NCBI GenBank assembly: GCA_965112735.1
Contig: OZ218960.1
Location: 992,001 to 1,056,000, forward strand
DNA: 64,000 nucleotides
Reading direction: 5' to 3'
From: Phaeosaccion multiseriatum
Lineage: Eukaryota; Protista; Ochrophyta, other classes
Below are positions 11,730 through 24,333 of the stretch, piece by piece. Below the pieces are notes generated by a model that was given only the letters and a program-made list of their open reading frames with translations, was not told the origin of the DNA and did no database searches. Every line of letters begins with the position of its first letter. The first letter of the stretch is position 1. The translations under genes and the position numbers were made by a program.

Positions 11730-13303
11730 ATGGTGAGTATATGAGGAAAACGCAAAGCACTGGAAGCTGGCTTATCCCCAGCACATGCCTTCGTCATGGG
11801 AGTCGCGCAAGCAGCAGTGGGGTAATGGGGGAGGGCGGCGGTGGGGAACACGGGGCCGTGGAGTGAGGCTCCCACGCTGGAGGAGGGAAGGAGGGTTTCC
11901 CACGAAGTAGAGCGGAGCTCAGCCCCAGTGATGCTTATAGACGAACGGAAATACGCAGTGAAGGAGGAGTGGACTTCTCAACCCGCTCAACGTCCCAGTG
12001 GGCATGGCAAAGCCCCCTCCCCTCCTCACTTCCTTCCCTCTCCTCCCCTGCACCCACTCCCCGCCCCTCTCCTTAATGTGTGCAATTATTGTTCCTTCTT
12101 CACTGCCCCGCTCCTCGCACAGCCCAAGGAGATCAGCGACATCCGGGACTTCCTCCAGAAGGCTCGCCGGTGAGTGAGCCTGTGAGACGGCCGGACCTGA
12201 TAAGCAGAAAAGACGGGCGGGAGGGGAGAGGCAGAATCAGGGGGAAAAGCCGAAGAGAAAATATGAAGCTGTGAGGAAGAGACAGATAGTGAAAAGGGGA
12301 GGGCTTGTTTCGTTAAAGTCGGCACACCCCCATTACCTTTGGCACTCTTTGGAGCGGAGAAGAGAGTGATTGATCTCGGGGATGTGAGGAGAGGCGTTGG
12401 GAAGAAGGAAGCGAAAAGCGAAAGAAAGGGAGACTGTAATGCATAGGAGGTTGGCCAGCACTGCATTTCCTGCCTCGCAAGCAACGCTTATTCCTTGCCT
12501 GTCCTCTCCGTCCTCTCCGTCCTCTCTGCCCCTCCTTCGCTCTCTGTGCTTTATCCCAACAGCCGCGATGCCAAGTCTGTGAAGATCAAGAAGACGACAG
12601 AGGTGACCAAGTTCAAGATCCGCTGCTCAAGGGTGAGTGAGGCCCAAACTCACATGCCTATCCACCCACATACCCACCTATCTGCCCACCTACCTACGTA
12701 CGCCGTGTCCTCCTTCTCAGCGGTCTTCTCCTTTCCTTCTCTTGGACTCTTGCACTTACTCTTGTGCCCTTCCCCCCTCCTGTCGTGCCCCTCCTTCCCT
12801 GTCCGGCTGCCGCGCTGCCTCCTCCTCCTCAGTACCTGTACACGCTGAGGGTGGAGGACTCGGAGAAGGCTGACAAGCTGACACAGTCTCTACCACCAGG
12901 CCTGCAGGTTTGTGACCAGGGGGTTGGTGGGTAGTGGCATGGAACAAGTAGTTTTGGGGCCGATGGCGGGCCTTCCTAGTTGTAGGCATCAGGCCGGTTG
13001 AGCAGGGGGGGAGGGGGGGAGAGAAGGCATATGCATATGCGAGTATCTGATGTGGAGAAGATGGGAGAAGGGAGGTGCCAGTCGATGGCGGACAGACATA
13101 GCAAAGCCGTGGTAACTTATGGAGATTAGGCCACAGGTGAACGAACGTGGGGTGGCATTTTCCTCCCTGTCACCCACTCTCCCCTGTTCGAGGCCTTCCA
13201 TCTGAGTCCACTTTCCTCACCTCTTAATTTGCTCTCCCCGCTGTACCTCTCTCTCTCTCTCTGTGTCCCCCTCCCCCCCCCCCCTCAGCGCAAGGACATC
13301 TAA
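11730..13303 (+). CDS. RPL38: 60S ribosomal protein L38 (eL38), 5 exons
   Basis: Exons 11730-11732 (ATG only), 12123-12169, 12563-12632, 12833-12907, 13289-13303 give [69 protein letters not shown]. Confidence 0.97.
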
Positions 13304-13906
13304 GAATCTCAACCGATTCGTTGATGTGGAGGATGGAGTAAGGGAACAAGAGGCGGATAGGATAGACTGGACTCGACTCGACAGACCGGCGGTGCCGGAT
13401 ATTGTTGGAGCCGTCATCCTTCTGTCTCTCTGTCCTTGACGCTAAGAGACGAAACCAATACAAGCCTTACACTCATATTCACCACGTCTTTTGACTATTT
13501 GATTGATTGATTGATTGATTGGTTGATTTGCGATGGGGATGGGGTGGGGCGGTGCTCCCATGTTTCCTATATGACCTGCTTCGGCTTCGCCCCCCCCCCC
13601 CTCGCACACCACGGTAGAGAGCGTTACAAAGAGTGGGCATCAGCCTCACAAGGGCTACAGTATACAGTCATATGGGCATCGGCCTAAGGACCACCCACTG
13701 AGTTCGCCCGACCTCACCTTGCATGGAAATTGCCTACACCTGGGCCATTGACATATGATGTCCCAGGTGTGCTACTTATAACACCCCCCTGATCATCATC
13801 ACCGCCTTCGCACGAAACATAGAAGGAGATGTCCTCGCCGAGACGGTTACCTTTCCCCTCGCTTCATCCCCCCCCCCCTCCCTTGGCACATCCCCTTCGC
13901 AGCGTC

Positions 13907-15493
13907 TCAGTAGTAACCGCTGCACAGCTGAGTGAGGTCTTTTCTGTGCAGCTTCAGGCCCCCGGGAAGAGGGTGAGGCAGCTCGCATATGGTACCAATC
14001 GTGAGGTTCTTGAGGCCTGCAGGCAGTTTGAGAAGGTCATGGCAGAAGTCCGTGCCGAACTCCAAGTCAGTCAGCCCGTCAGGCAGAACAATACCCTCCT
14101 GGTTGAAGCGGCTACCGAAGGAGACACTCCGAAGCGAGGGGGGAAGCAGGATGGGTTGGTTAAACTCACCCCCCCAGAACTTGAGTTCCAGTAGTCCGTC
14201 TGGTAGGCACAATGGCTGATTAAAGCTCTCCCCAAAGACTGCCTTCTTGAGTGAGGCGGGAAGAGAGATGGGCAAGTCGAACTCATCGCCGTATTCCACC
14301 TCCTCCAAACCGTCAGGGAGGAGCACGCCGCTGAGATTAAAGTTGGACCCAAATCGGACTTTCTTCAGTGAAGAAGGTAGGACTATCAACTTATTGAAGA
14401 ACTCTCCAAATTCAACCTCCTCTAGTCCGTCGGGCAGGCACAGATGCTGGTTGAAGCTGCAGCCGAGCTTGAGCCGCTTCAGCGACAGAGGGAGACCCGT
14501 CAGCGGCCTGTCAAAAGCCTCCCCTAGCTCGAGTTCCTCCAACGCGGGAGGAGGGACAACCTCTTGATCAAACCTCCACCCGAAGGTGACCTTCCTTAGC
14601 GAAGGAGGGAGGGCGAGTGGCCTGTCAAATGCCTCCCCGACCTCCAGCTCTTCCAGCCCTTCCGGCAGCACCAAAGGCTCGTCGTACTTTTCGCCAAACT
14701 TGATTTTGCGAAGACTTGAGGGAAGGGATGCAAGGAGCTTGTTAAAATGCACGCCGAATTCCACTTCTTCCAGGGCACTGGGCAGCACGAGATCGGCCTG
14801 ATTAAAGTACCATCCAAACGTGACCTTTCTCAGACCAGGAGGGAGATCCAGCGGCCGATTAAAGCAGGAGTGGCGCGAGAAACGCAACTCTCTCAAACCG
14901 GGAGGAAGCTTGACCTTCGCTTTGAACTCGTCGCCAAAGTGAACGCTCTCCAGCCAGTCCGGAAGACGCACATCAGCGGAGTCGAACATGTCCCCAAGAC
15001 ACACGTGCTTTACCGAGAGAGGCATCACCCTCAGTCCTTCCTTGATAACAGCCGAATCTTCTGCTCGCATGCGGGATTCCTGCTTGTCTTCCTCCATATC
15101 GCTCCCACTAACGGAGCCCAGCTGCACTGCTGTGACGAAAAACCAGCGCTCACCACCACTCCTTCCGCCAGTAGGCAAGCGCTTCCCCTCCCGCTGACCG
15201 TCGGTGACGCCATCTTTGCTCTCCCCTTTCTCAATACATGGTTTGCCTGCCAGCAGCACCAGCATGCGCTTCCGGACGTCTCGAGGTACGCCATGGTGCA
15301 GCACCACTCGCCGTGGTACCACCCTATCCACCTCTCTACACAGGCCCCACAGACACATCAAGGACCCAACATTCGCAGCCAACACACTCAGCACCTCCAC
15401 CCCATCCCACTCTGCCTCCGAGGGTCTGGCGGGCTGCATTTCTTCTCCGCTGCTCTGTCCTCTTCTTTCCAATACTCCACGTGAAGTACTCAT
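13907..15493 (-). CDS. Intronless FNIP-repeat (leucine-rich-repeat-like) protein, 528 aa, with possible degenerate F-box-like N-terminus
   Basis: About 14 tandem 21-22 aa repeats of consensus F[ND]xPLxLPx[GS]Lxx[LV]xFGxx (e.g. FNQPLCLPDGLLELKFWGGEFNQPILLPPSLRSVSFGSRFNQ) in a single uninterrupted ORF. Confidence 0.85.
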   Translation of the reverse strand: MSTSRGVLERRGQSSGEEMQPARPSEAEWDGVEVLSVLAANVGSLMCLWGLCREVDRVVPRRVVLHHGVPRDVRKRMLVLLAGKPCIEKGESKDGVTDGQREGKRLPTGGRSGGERWFFVTAVQLGSVSGSDMEEDKQESRMRAEDSAVIKEGLRVMPLSVKHVCLGDMFDSADVRLPDWLESVHFGDEFKAKVKLPPGLRELRFSRHSCFNRPLDLPPGLRKVTFGWYFNQADLVLPSALEEVEFGVHFNKLLASLPSSLRKIKFGEKYDEPLVLPEGLEELEVGEAFDRPLALPPSLRKVTFGWRFDQEVVPPPALEELELGEAFDRPLTGLPLSLKRLKLGCSFNQHLCLPDGLEEVEFGEFFNKLIVLPSSLKKVRFGSNFNLSGVLLPDGLEEVEYGDEFDLPISLPASLKKAVFGESFNQPLCLPDGLLELKFWGGEFNQPILLPPSLRSVSFGSRFNQEGIVLPDGLTDLEFGTDFCHDLLKLPAGLKNLTIGTICELPHPLPGGLKLHRKDLTQLCSGYY

Positions 15494-15687
15494 GCTCTGT
15501 GCAGTTGGATTATTGGATTATTACGTGTTTTGGCCCAACGAATCCAACGTATTTGTCCCGCCAACCTGTCAGTTTCAGTTCCGGCTTTTGGACCTGGGAT
15601 GGCACTGGACGACCCACTTCTTCACATTTTGCCCCCCACTTCTTCTTCCAAAGCTCACGACGCTGAGCGAGTTACCGCGCGGGGAGG
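15494..15687. promoter_or_regulatory. Putative bidirectional promoter (FNIP / EME1)
   Basis: 194 bp between divergent ATGs. Inferred from geometry only. Confidence 0.45.
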
Positions 15688-17774
15688 ATGGCTGCGATGG
15701 CGTCTGCCTACGAGATACTGTCCTCCTCCGATGATGACGTGGAGATGATATCTGTTAAGCCGCCTCCAAGACCAGGGGCAACGGTCGCAGCAGCAGATCG
15801 AGGCAGAGCAGATCGAGGAGGAAGAGGAGCAGTGGAAGCTCGTGATCCCTCTGTTACTTTCCCTGAATCCGCAGCTGCGGGGGGAAAGTATGGGCAGCCT
15901 CATCGAAGCCTCAGCCAGAGCAGCGGCGATAGCTTTGAGGGCGCGAGAGGAGGAGCCGCAGCTGCTCCATGGGCAACACAAGGAGCTGTGGATACGCAGC
16001 AGCAGAAGGGTAATGGTAAAAGAAATAAGAGGGTTGTGCATGGGAGCAGCGACGGCGGCAGCGACAGCGACAGCGAGGCAAGCAGTTGCGACTCCAGCTA
16101 CAGCAGCAGTGACCAAGGAGGACGCTCGCACAGGAGAAAGGGGGCGGGGAAGGGGGCAGCCAAGGGCCAAAGCAAAGCTACAGGTAATCGGAAACAGGCG
16201 GAGAAATCAAATGCTAAGAAAGGCGGCAAGGAGGAACGAACGTCCGAGACCCGCAACGACCAAGAGAGGGGGGTGGTGAAGGGCGCGAAAGCGAGCAGTT
16301 GTGGATACAGAAGTAGCGGCAGCGACGGCGAACGCAGGCGGGCACGGAAGAGGTCCCTGAGCTACCTGAGTGGCAGCGGTACCAGCCCCGCCCCAGCCAG
16401 TCCCTCGACGAACGGTGATGAGCGTTGCAGCAGCGAGGGGGTTGCGTCCTACCCCCCACCATCGCCTCAACCGCCCGTGGGAGGACGGAGGGGGCCGGCA
16501 GGGTGTGGGGATGGCAAAGAGAACGAGGCGGCTAGCGCATCCCTCCAGCAGAGGGGCAGTGGAGATGGCGGTCCTGGCTGTGCTGGCAACGGGGATGCTT
16601 TGCAGGAGAGGGAGAGGAGTGACCCGAGGCTTGCCTCGCCACTTCCAGCACAGGCACCAGCACCAGCACCAGCACCAGCACCAGCACCACCGCTTTCACC
16701 GCCTTCACGCTCCTATTCCGAAGGTTGTGGTGTGGCTGGCTCATCAACGCCACGCCGCCCTTTCGGCCCCTCTGGTACCGGCTCTTCCCCCATCTCCATC
16801 TGCTCTTCTCCTCCGCCCCCGCTTGATTCCAGTCCGTCATCGTCTTCTTTCAAGTCGCGGCTGAAGCGCCGATTCGACGGCAGAGATGGCTCTGCTGCTT
16901 CCGGCTCTCGATCTCCTCCTCCTGCCCTCCGCCAGAGCGCCAAGGCCAGGACCATCAGCGCGAGACCTGCTGTATCACCAACTTTTGGGGACAAGGAGGA
17001 GGGCGGTGGTCGTTGGGCTTCAGAACCCAAGAGCAGCAACCAGGGAAGCGGAAGCGAGGGTAAAGTGTCTTCTGGTGGACTATTGAAGCATCCCGGAGGA
17101 GGGCGAAAGACGGGCGTTGAAACTGATGTGATAAGTATTGGATCCTCCTCCGACGGTGATCATGGTGATGATGATGATGATGATGATCATGATGATGGTG
17201 GTGGTGATGATGGAGGGAATGCTGTGGGGGGGCATGAGAACAAGACGGGGACGGCGAGTCGCGATACAGCAGCCGCCACGACTTCGAATGTGGCTCAGTG
17301 GAGAGGAGGAGAGGGGGGAGGAGGAGGAGACGGAGGAGGGGGAGGAGGAGGAGGAGGAGGAGGAGGAGGAGGAGGAGGAGAAGCAGGAGGAGAAGGAGGA
17401 GGACGACGAGGAGGAGGAGGTGGGAACGGAGAAGCGCCACTCTTGGGACGGAAGCTTCCATCAGCATCAGCAGTAGCGGAGGACATGTCGCTTTCCAGCG
17501 ATGGCGAGGACAGAGAGTCTTGGAAGGGGGGCGGGGACGGTAACGGCTCTGCTGCTGCTGCGGGTAGGAGGAGGTCGGAAACCGAGGGGGGGGACTGCTC
17601 TATAGATCTCTGCTCAGAAGGAGATAGCTCAGATGGCGACGACGAGGATTCGACTTTGGGGAGGAGGGAGAAGGAGGAGGAGAAGAAGAGGAAGAAGGAT
17701 AGCAACGAGGAAGAAGGAGAGGGCAAGAAGGAGGGGGGAAGCTGGCACGGTGGGGTCCTGGACTCTGACTCCGG

Positions 17775-17806
<32 letters not shown>

Positions 17807-18771
17807 GTGATGATGATGGTGATTTCGGCGGCATGTTTGGGAGCGATGTGCTGGGGTCGCAGGACTTCGGAAACCTTAAGTTATGCTCCCAGGGAGCAGC
17901 AGCAGGAGGAGGAGCAGGAGGAAGAGGAGGAGGAGGAGCAGCAGCAGCAGCAGCAGGAGGAGGAGGAGGCGGGGGAAAGGCAGCCCCGAAAAGGGTTCGT
18001 AAGCCGGCGCTGACCGAGGCTGAAAAGGCGGAGAAAGTGAGGCTCCGGACAGAGGAGAGGGAGCGGAAGGCGAAGGAGAAGGAGAGAGAGAAACAGGACA
18101 AGAGGGAGCAGCGCGAGAGGGAAAGGGCGAAAAAGAAACGGGACGAGCAGGAGAAGAAGGAGCAGCGTGAGAGGGACAAGGCGGAGAAGAAGAGAGACAA
18201 GGAGACAAGGGAGCAGGCAGCGAAGGATCACAAGGCCAGAGAGAAGTGAGTGAGTCATGTGATGAATGGCAGCAGATGGCTTGTGTGTATGTTTATCATG
18301 TGGGGACGGGATGGGACGGGACGGGAGGGTGAGGTGGAGAATATGACATGCGTGTCGGGGTGAGAGAATAGAGCGAAGGAAGGACGGGGTGGGGGGGTGG
18401 GTAAGGCTTACGCGGTCCTAGATCGATCCGTTACGGGGTCGATTTTTGAGAGTCTCTTTTTGTATTGTAACTCTTACTGTTGTAGGATTTGGTAGGAAAT
18501 GCGGATTGACTGACTGACTGAATGCTTGACTGACCGCTGCCTACACACCTCCCTTGTGGGTCGGCACTCGTAATCCTTCTCCTCTCTGCTCACTCAGGTT
18601 CACCGGCCAAGCCTCACGGGGCAATTTCAGAGACCAAGAAGTGACGATATTCGTGGAGACTCAATACGCGCAGCGGGGGGGAGATGCTCTGCTACAGACC
18701 ATGAAGGTCCGTGAGTGGGGAGGAGTGGCACCAACGAGGTCAGCCAACGCCACAGATAGACAGGCGGATGG

Positions 18772-18864
<93 letters not shown>

Positions 18865-18869
18865 GAGAA

Positions 18870-18920
<51 letters not shown>

Positions 18921-18950
18921 TAGGCAGACAGAAAGAAGACAGGCAGACAG

Positions 18951-19015
<65 letters not shown>

Positions 19016-20980
19016 AAGAAGGCAGGCAGACGGGGTGGGGTAGCAAGGGTAGGTGTGCAGAGCTGCTTTCCCTCCCTTTTGTGAAGTGTCTCATCATTCA
19101 TCTGCGTACTTACATGTATGTGTGCGTGTATGCAGAGCAACGAGGGCAAACCCGAGCTTTTCAAAACCGTGCCTGCCCCCAACCCCATTCCTGGGGCGGT
19201 GTGGTGGCGCCAGCGCAGCATTCGGCACGGTGGTGCTCCAGACACCGACCACGACTCTGCACCTCCTCCTGCTGCTGCTGCTGCTTCTGCTGCAGCTACT
19301 GATGATGATGTATCGCCAACTGCCGAGGATGCCTTGGCGACGAAGCTGGACCTGATGGTGGTGGTGTTGAGCGCGGATGCCATGCTGCCGTATCTGCAGT
19401 GCGTTGGCCGCTTCCCGGATACATACCCTCAGCTCGGTGAGTGAGTGAGTGTGTGAGTGAGTGAGTGAGTGAGTGAGTGAGAGCGTGAGTGAGTGTGTGA
19501 GTGAGTGAGTGAGTGAGTGAGTGAGTGAGTGAGTGAGAGCGTGAGAGCGTGAGTGAGTGAGTGAGTGAGTGAGTGAGTGAGTGAGTGAGTGTGTGATTGA
19601 GTGAGGGGCTTACGCCTGGTGCCGTCGGGACGGGGACCTGATCTTGTCTGTTGTGCTTAACGCTGCGCCGTTCCTTCTTACCCTTTTGCCCAGGCCGTTT
19701 CGTGACCCGCATGAAGACCGCCCACCCCCAGACGGGCCGCTGGCTGCTCCTTCTGCAGGTGAGGCAATGGATGGACGGGTGAATGGATGGGTGGGTGGAT
19801 GATTGGGTGGATGGGTGGATGGGTGGATGGATGGATACATAACGTGACCAATGACTATCGCAAACAAACCCTTTCCCTGGAACGACCCGGCACTACCACA
19901 AAGGGGGTCGAGGAGCAAATTTGCGCTCGCTGGAACAGCGTGGGATGGCGCGGCGCAGGGCCTTGCCCCACGCAAGACTGCCTCGAGGAGGCGATGATGT
20001 GGCTGCAGGTAAGGGAGTGTGAAAGGATTATGGATATATAAGGAGTGTATAAGACGGGCTTAAGGAGTGCAAAGCGAGGCGTATATTTAGGAGTGGCGGC
20101 TAAAGAATACAAGTCCTCTCTGGTCGGATGGGCGAGGGACTGACCTGAGGTCGGGATACAATGAACAGACACTGAAACCGCCGTATCCTATCATGAAACT
20201 GCCCTGTCTTGCCCTGCCGTGCCCTGTATCACCATCTGCCCTGCCCTGCTGTGACGCTGTGACAACAGATTCAGCACGGAGTGGAGTCCAAGACTTGCAA
20301 GGACAACCTCGAAACGGGAACGTGAGTACACGTCTTTCCATCCTCACTGCACCACCACCACGCCTGACCTGAGAGTGTTCCGTCACTGTATCACCAACGT
20401 GCCTAACATGCCTGACTTGAGCATGTTTCGCAAAAGAGCCGTGCCTCGCTCCCGTACTCCTCGTCCACCCGCACCACCCTTCGGTTCTGCACCCCTTCAC
20501 GTCTTGCCATAGGTATAATGACGACGCTGCTCCTCCGCTGTGCCCCACGCCCCCCCCCCCCTTCCCCCAACCTCTCCCTCCGTCTGTCTCCCTCCCTCTC
20601 TCTCTCTCTCTCTCTCTCCCTCTCTCTTTCTCTCTCTACCTCCCTCTCCCTCTCTCTTTCTCTCTCTCCCCCTCTCTCCCTCCTTCCCCCTCCTTCCCTC
20701 CCTCCCTCCCTCCCTCCCCGCCTCTCTCTCCCCCCACAGATACATTAACGACGTGACTCGCAGCTTGGCATCCGCCCCTTACCGAAGTGAGATCAATGAG
20801 ATTGACTGTGCTCCCAAGCACCGTACCATAATCGTGGATGCAAACAAGGATCATCCCACCAACGTGTGGGCCAATCAGCTCCAGTGCATACCCGGCATTA
20901 GCGAGGTAGGTATTGTGTGTGTGTGTGTGGGTGGGTGAGTGTGTGGGTGAGTGTGTGTGTGTGTGTGTGTGTGGGTGTGG

Positions 20981-21022
<42 letters not shown>

Positions 21023-21563
21023 AGGCCAATCAGCTAAAGTGCTTCCCGAACTTGGCGAGGTAGGAAATAAGAAACCAGAAAGGAAGGAAAGGAATGTGGC
21101 AGTCGTGAGGTAGGTACGGATAGGTCGGCTGGAAGGGTAGGGAGGGGCAAGGAGGGAGGACTTGTGTGTAGCAGCATGGTATGCGTGCCACCACTGATTG
21201 ATCGCCTCTCTTTCTCTCCTCTATATCTCCCCGCTCCACTCCGCCCCTCTCTGCCTCTCCTCTACCTCTCCCCTCCGTCCTCCCCTCCCTCCCCATTCTG
21301 TCTGCCCCCCCCCCCCCGCCCCCTCTCCCTCCCTCTTCCCTCCCCTCTCCTCCCACCCTCTGCAGAAGAAAGCCACCGCCCTCATCAGCCGGTATCCGAC
21401 ACCCCGCCACCTCGTCCACGCCCTCACTGATCCCTCACTGGACCTTGGCAGCCGCACTGCCCTGCTCGCAGACAAGCTTCAAACGGGCAAGAGGAATGTT
21501 GCCGACGCGAGGAAGCTGTTCAAAGCCTTTACATCGCGAGACCCTCGCGACAAGATTGTTTAA
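15688..21563 (+). CDS. EME1: Crossover junction endonuclease non-catalytic subunit EME1 (ERCC4 + HhH) with long disordered N-terminus (8 exons)
   Basis: Exons 15688-18245, 18598-18706, 19136-19436, 19694-19758, 19904-20008, 20269-20321, 20740-20905, 21366-21563. Motifs [68 protein letters not shown]. Confidence 0.85.
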
Positions 21564-21837
21564 TCAAAATGATTTAAATCGATACTATTTATAAATGATA
21601 ATATTACTTGTAAAAACTTCCACTTTTTCTCCGTCCTCCGTCCCCCCCCCTCCCTCCCTGTTTTATCATTCGCTCCAAAGTGGAACTTAACCTCAGACTA
21701 CACACTGAAACTGAAACGGGGTGCGTGTGTGTTGTGTAGTTTGAACAAGAAAAGAACTACACGAGTCATTCATTATTGTGACAACCACAACCTATACCCA
21801 CCTACCCACAATATATCCACTACCTAGCCAACCTATT

Positions 21838-23987
21838 TCACCACAACTGCCAGCCCGAGTGAGCAGCCGAGCGGTCCTCCATCAGTGCCTGCCAACTCGG
21901 CAATCCAAAGGGTAGCGGCGCAATCTTACGCTCACATAGAGGGTGTTCCGGTGACCCCCCAGCCTCCCCTCGCCGCCCCTCCGAGCCTGCCCCTCCTCCT
22001 CCTCCTCCTCTTCCTCCTCCTCTTCCCCTTCCCTCTCGTCCCCACCCTCCTCCTGCCGATTTCAAAAAGGACGCAAACAACGACGTCGAAGTAGTAGGTA
22101 CACCCTCTTCATCCTCCTTGGTGATGCTCCTACTTCGTTCTCTACGCCAGTCTGTGGTTCCTGCCGCATCCAATGCGGCCTGCGTCGCGGCACTCCAAGC
22201 CGTGTTAAGCGCCTCCACCAAGGTGGCTCCAAACGAAGCCGCCACCGTTGCTGGACCTCCTACCTCGCCACCACCTGCTTCTCCCCCACCCCCACTGGCC
22301 CCTCCGCGGACACTTCCCCTGCCCCGACCATCTCCGACGACGCGGGGGATGCTACCGCTGCTTCGTCCTCTCGTGTGCATGCTGACCCTGACGGACTCCT
22401 TGCGTTTCCCCTCCTTGCCCCCTTCCTCTTCCTCCTCCGCCTCGTCATCACTATCCCTGTCCGCTTCCTTATACTTGGTCCACGAGTCCCAGAGTTCCCC
22501 ATATTCCTCCCCAAACGCCACGTCTGATCCTGCCCGTTGGGGCTCACCATCCTTGTAACTGTTGTAACTGTCGCCGTTGCCGTCACCCTCCTCCTTCACC
22601 TCATCATAACTGCGACTGGCAACTACTACAGATGGCGGTGCCACCACCACATCCACAGACGACGTCGCCAACGGCTTCGGAGGAAGAGCATGCTCCACAG
22701 AATTCGGCTCAGTGAATGGCTCAATTAAGGCCTGCTTCGTTCGAGCTACCGGAGCTACTCTGCCTCTGATGGCGGCAGCAGTGGCTGTGGTACTGCCACC
22801 GCTGTTGCCGCCGCTACCCCTGCTGCCCCTGCCGGCACCACCAGTGCCAGTGCTGTCCCTTCTCGTGAGCCTTCCCATATTGTCAGCCATGTCCGCCACC
22901 GGATCGGCGGCACGGACCTTCTCCTCCAGGGAGATGAGCATCGAGTTGCGCACCTGGGATCGGACAAAGGGAAGGGAAGGGAAGGGGGGGGAGGGGAGAG
23001 GAGGGGAGGGGAGGGGAGAGGAGGGGAGGGGAGGAGGGGGGGGAGGAGAGACAGGAGGAGGAGGGGGGAGGAGGACGATGAGGAGGACGATGAGGAGGAG
23101 GGGGAGCATGTAATGAGAGATGGTGCGGTGGTGGCGGTGGGGGACAGACAAGAGAGCGGACACCCAAAAGAAAGCCCATGACAAGTGTGTGCGTGTCCAC
23201 GCACGCGCGCACACACACACGCGCGCGGACCAAAAAAATTGACCCCAAAAACGCGCAGACATACACCAATACTCAAAACACACACACACACAGGGAAAGA
23301 AGAGCGAAGTGGCGCATTCCTGACCTTATGCGCGAGGGCACACGGAATAAGGACCGTGGGCTCCAAGATAGAAGGGTCTGGGAAGCTGTGGGTTGGTGGA
23401 TGGGCAGATTGACGGAGGGGAGGGAGGAGAAGGAGGAAGGAAAGGGGAGGATGGCGGGAGGGGAAGGAAGGGACGTGGGGAGGGTAGGGGGGCGGGGGCG
23501 TTTGTTATTGAGAATAAAGCCACGCACATCGATGGAGGGATCAATGTGGGAAAGTACTCTCTCTCTCTCTCTAAAGTTGTCAAATGTCTTTCCTCCCTCT
23601 CTCCCACTCATGCGCGCTCGTAAGTACCGTCCCTCGCTCCCTCGCTCGCACTCAAGCAGTCACACCTCTTTATCAGTCACCACTCACGTTCTAAAGTAGC
23701 CGAACATTTCATCAAAGTCAGACTGCAGGAGGAAGAAGCGGCTCAAGCGAAGAAGCGCCAAGGCCACCCGGAAGAAGATCTTGAAAGACCTGCATAAGCA
23801 CAGGTGGGGGTATGTTGTGTGCGTGTGTATGTGTGTGTATGTGTATGAGTGTGTGCATGTGTGTGTGTAGCGCGTGCGGCGAATAGGTTCATGAGTCGAC
23901 CAAGGCGCGGACGGGACACCACAAGACAGAGAGACAGACAGACAGACAGAGAGAGAGACAGATAGACAGACAGACAGACATACAGAC

Positions 23988-24034
<47 letters not shown>

Positions 24035-24079
24035 CACAGACAGACAGACAGACACACAGACAGACAGACAGACAGACAC

Positions 24080-24127
<48 letters not shown>

Positions 24128-24174
24128 CAGACAGAGAGACAGACAGACACACAGACAGACAGACAGACAGACAC

Positions 24175-24207
<33 letters not shown>

Positions 24208-24302
24208 GAGAAAGACAGACAGACAGACAGACAGACACACAGACAGACAGACACACAGACAGACAGACATACATACAGACATACAGACAGAGAGAGACAC
24301 AG

Positions 24303-24333
<31 letters not shown>

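Noticed and set aside
11733-13288. Possible intronic snoRNAs in RPL38
   Set aside because: Only an imperfect C-box-like GTGATGC (~11928) with no convincing paired D box or terminal stem. Needs a covariance-model search.
13736-13770. Hairpin as SECIS element or Helitron terminus
   Set aside because: Too short for SECIS geometry, no in-frame UGA selenoprotein nearby, and no CTRR end or helicase.
14747-15484. Long + strand ORFs antisense to the FNIP gene (and those antisense to EME1 and FN3 exons)
   Set aside because: Shadow ORFs of GC-rich coding sequence with no independent motifs.
16970-16983. Resemblance of TATCACC in the dispersed motif to phage lambda operator half-sites
   Set aside because: No dyad symmetry or phage context; the short match is coincidental.
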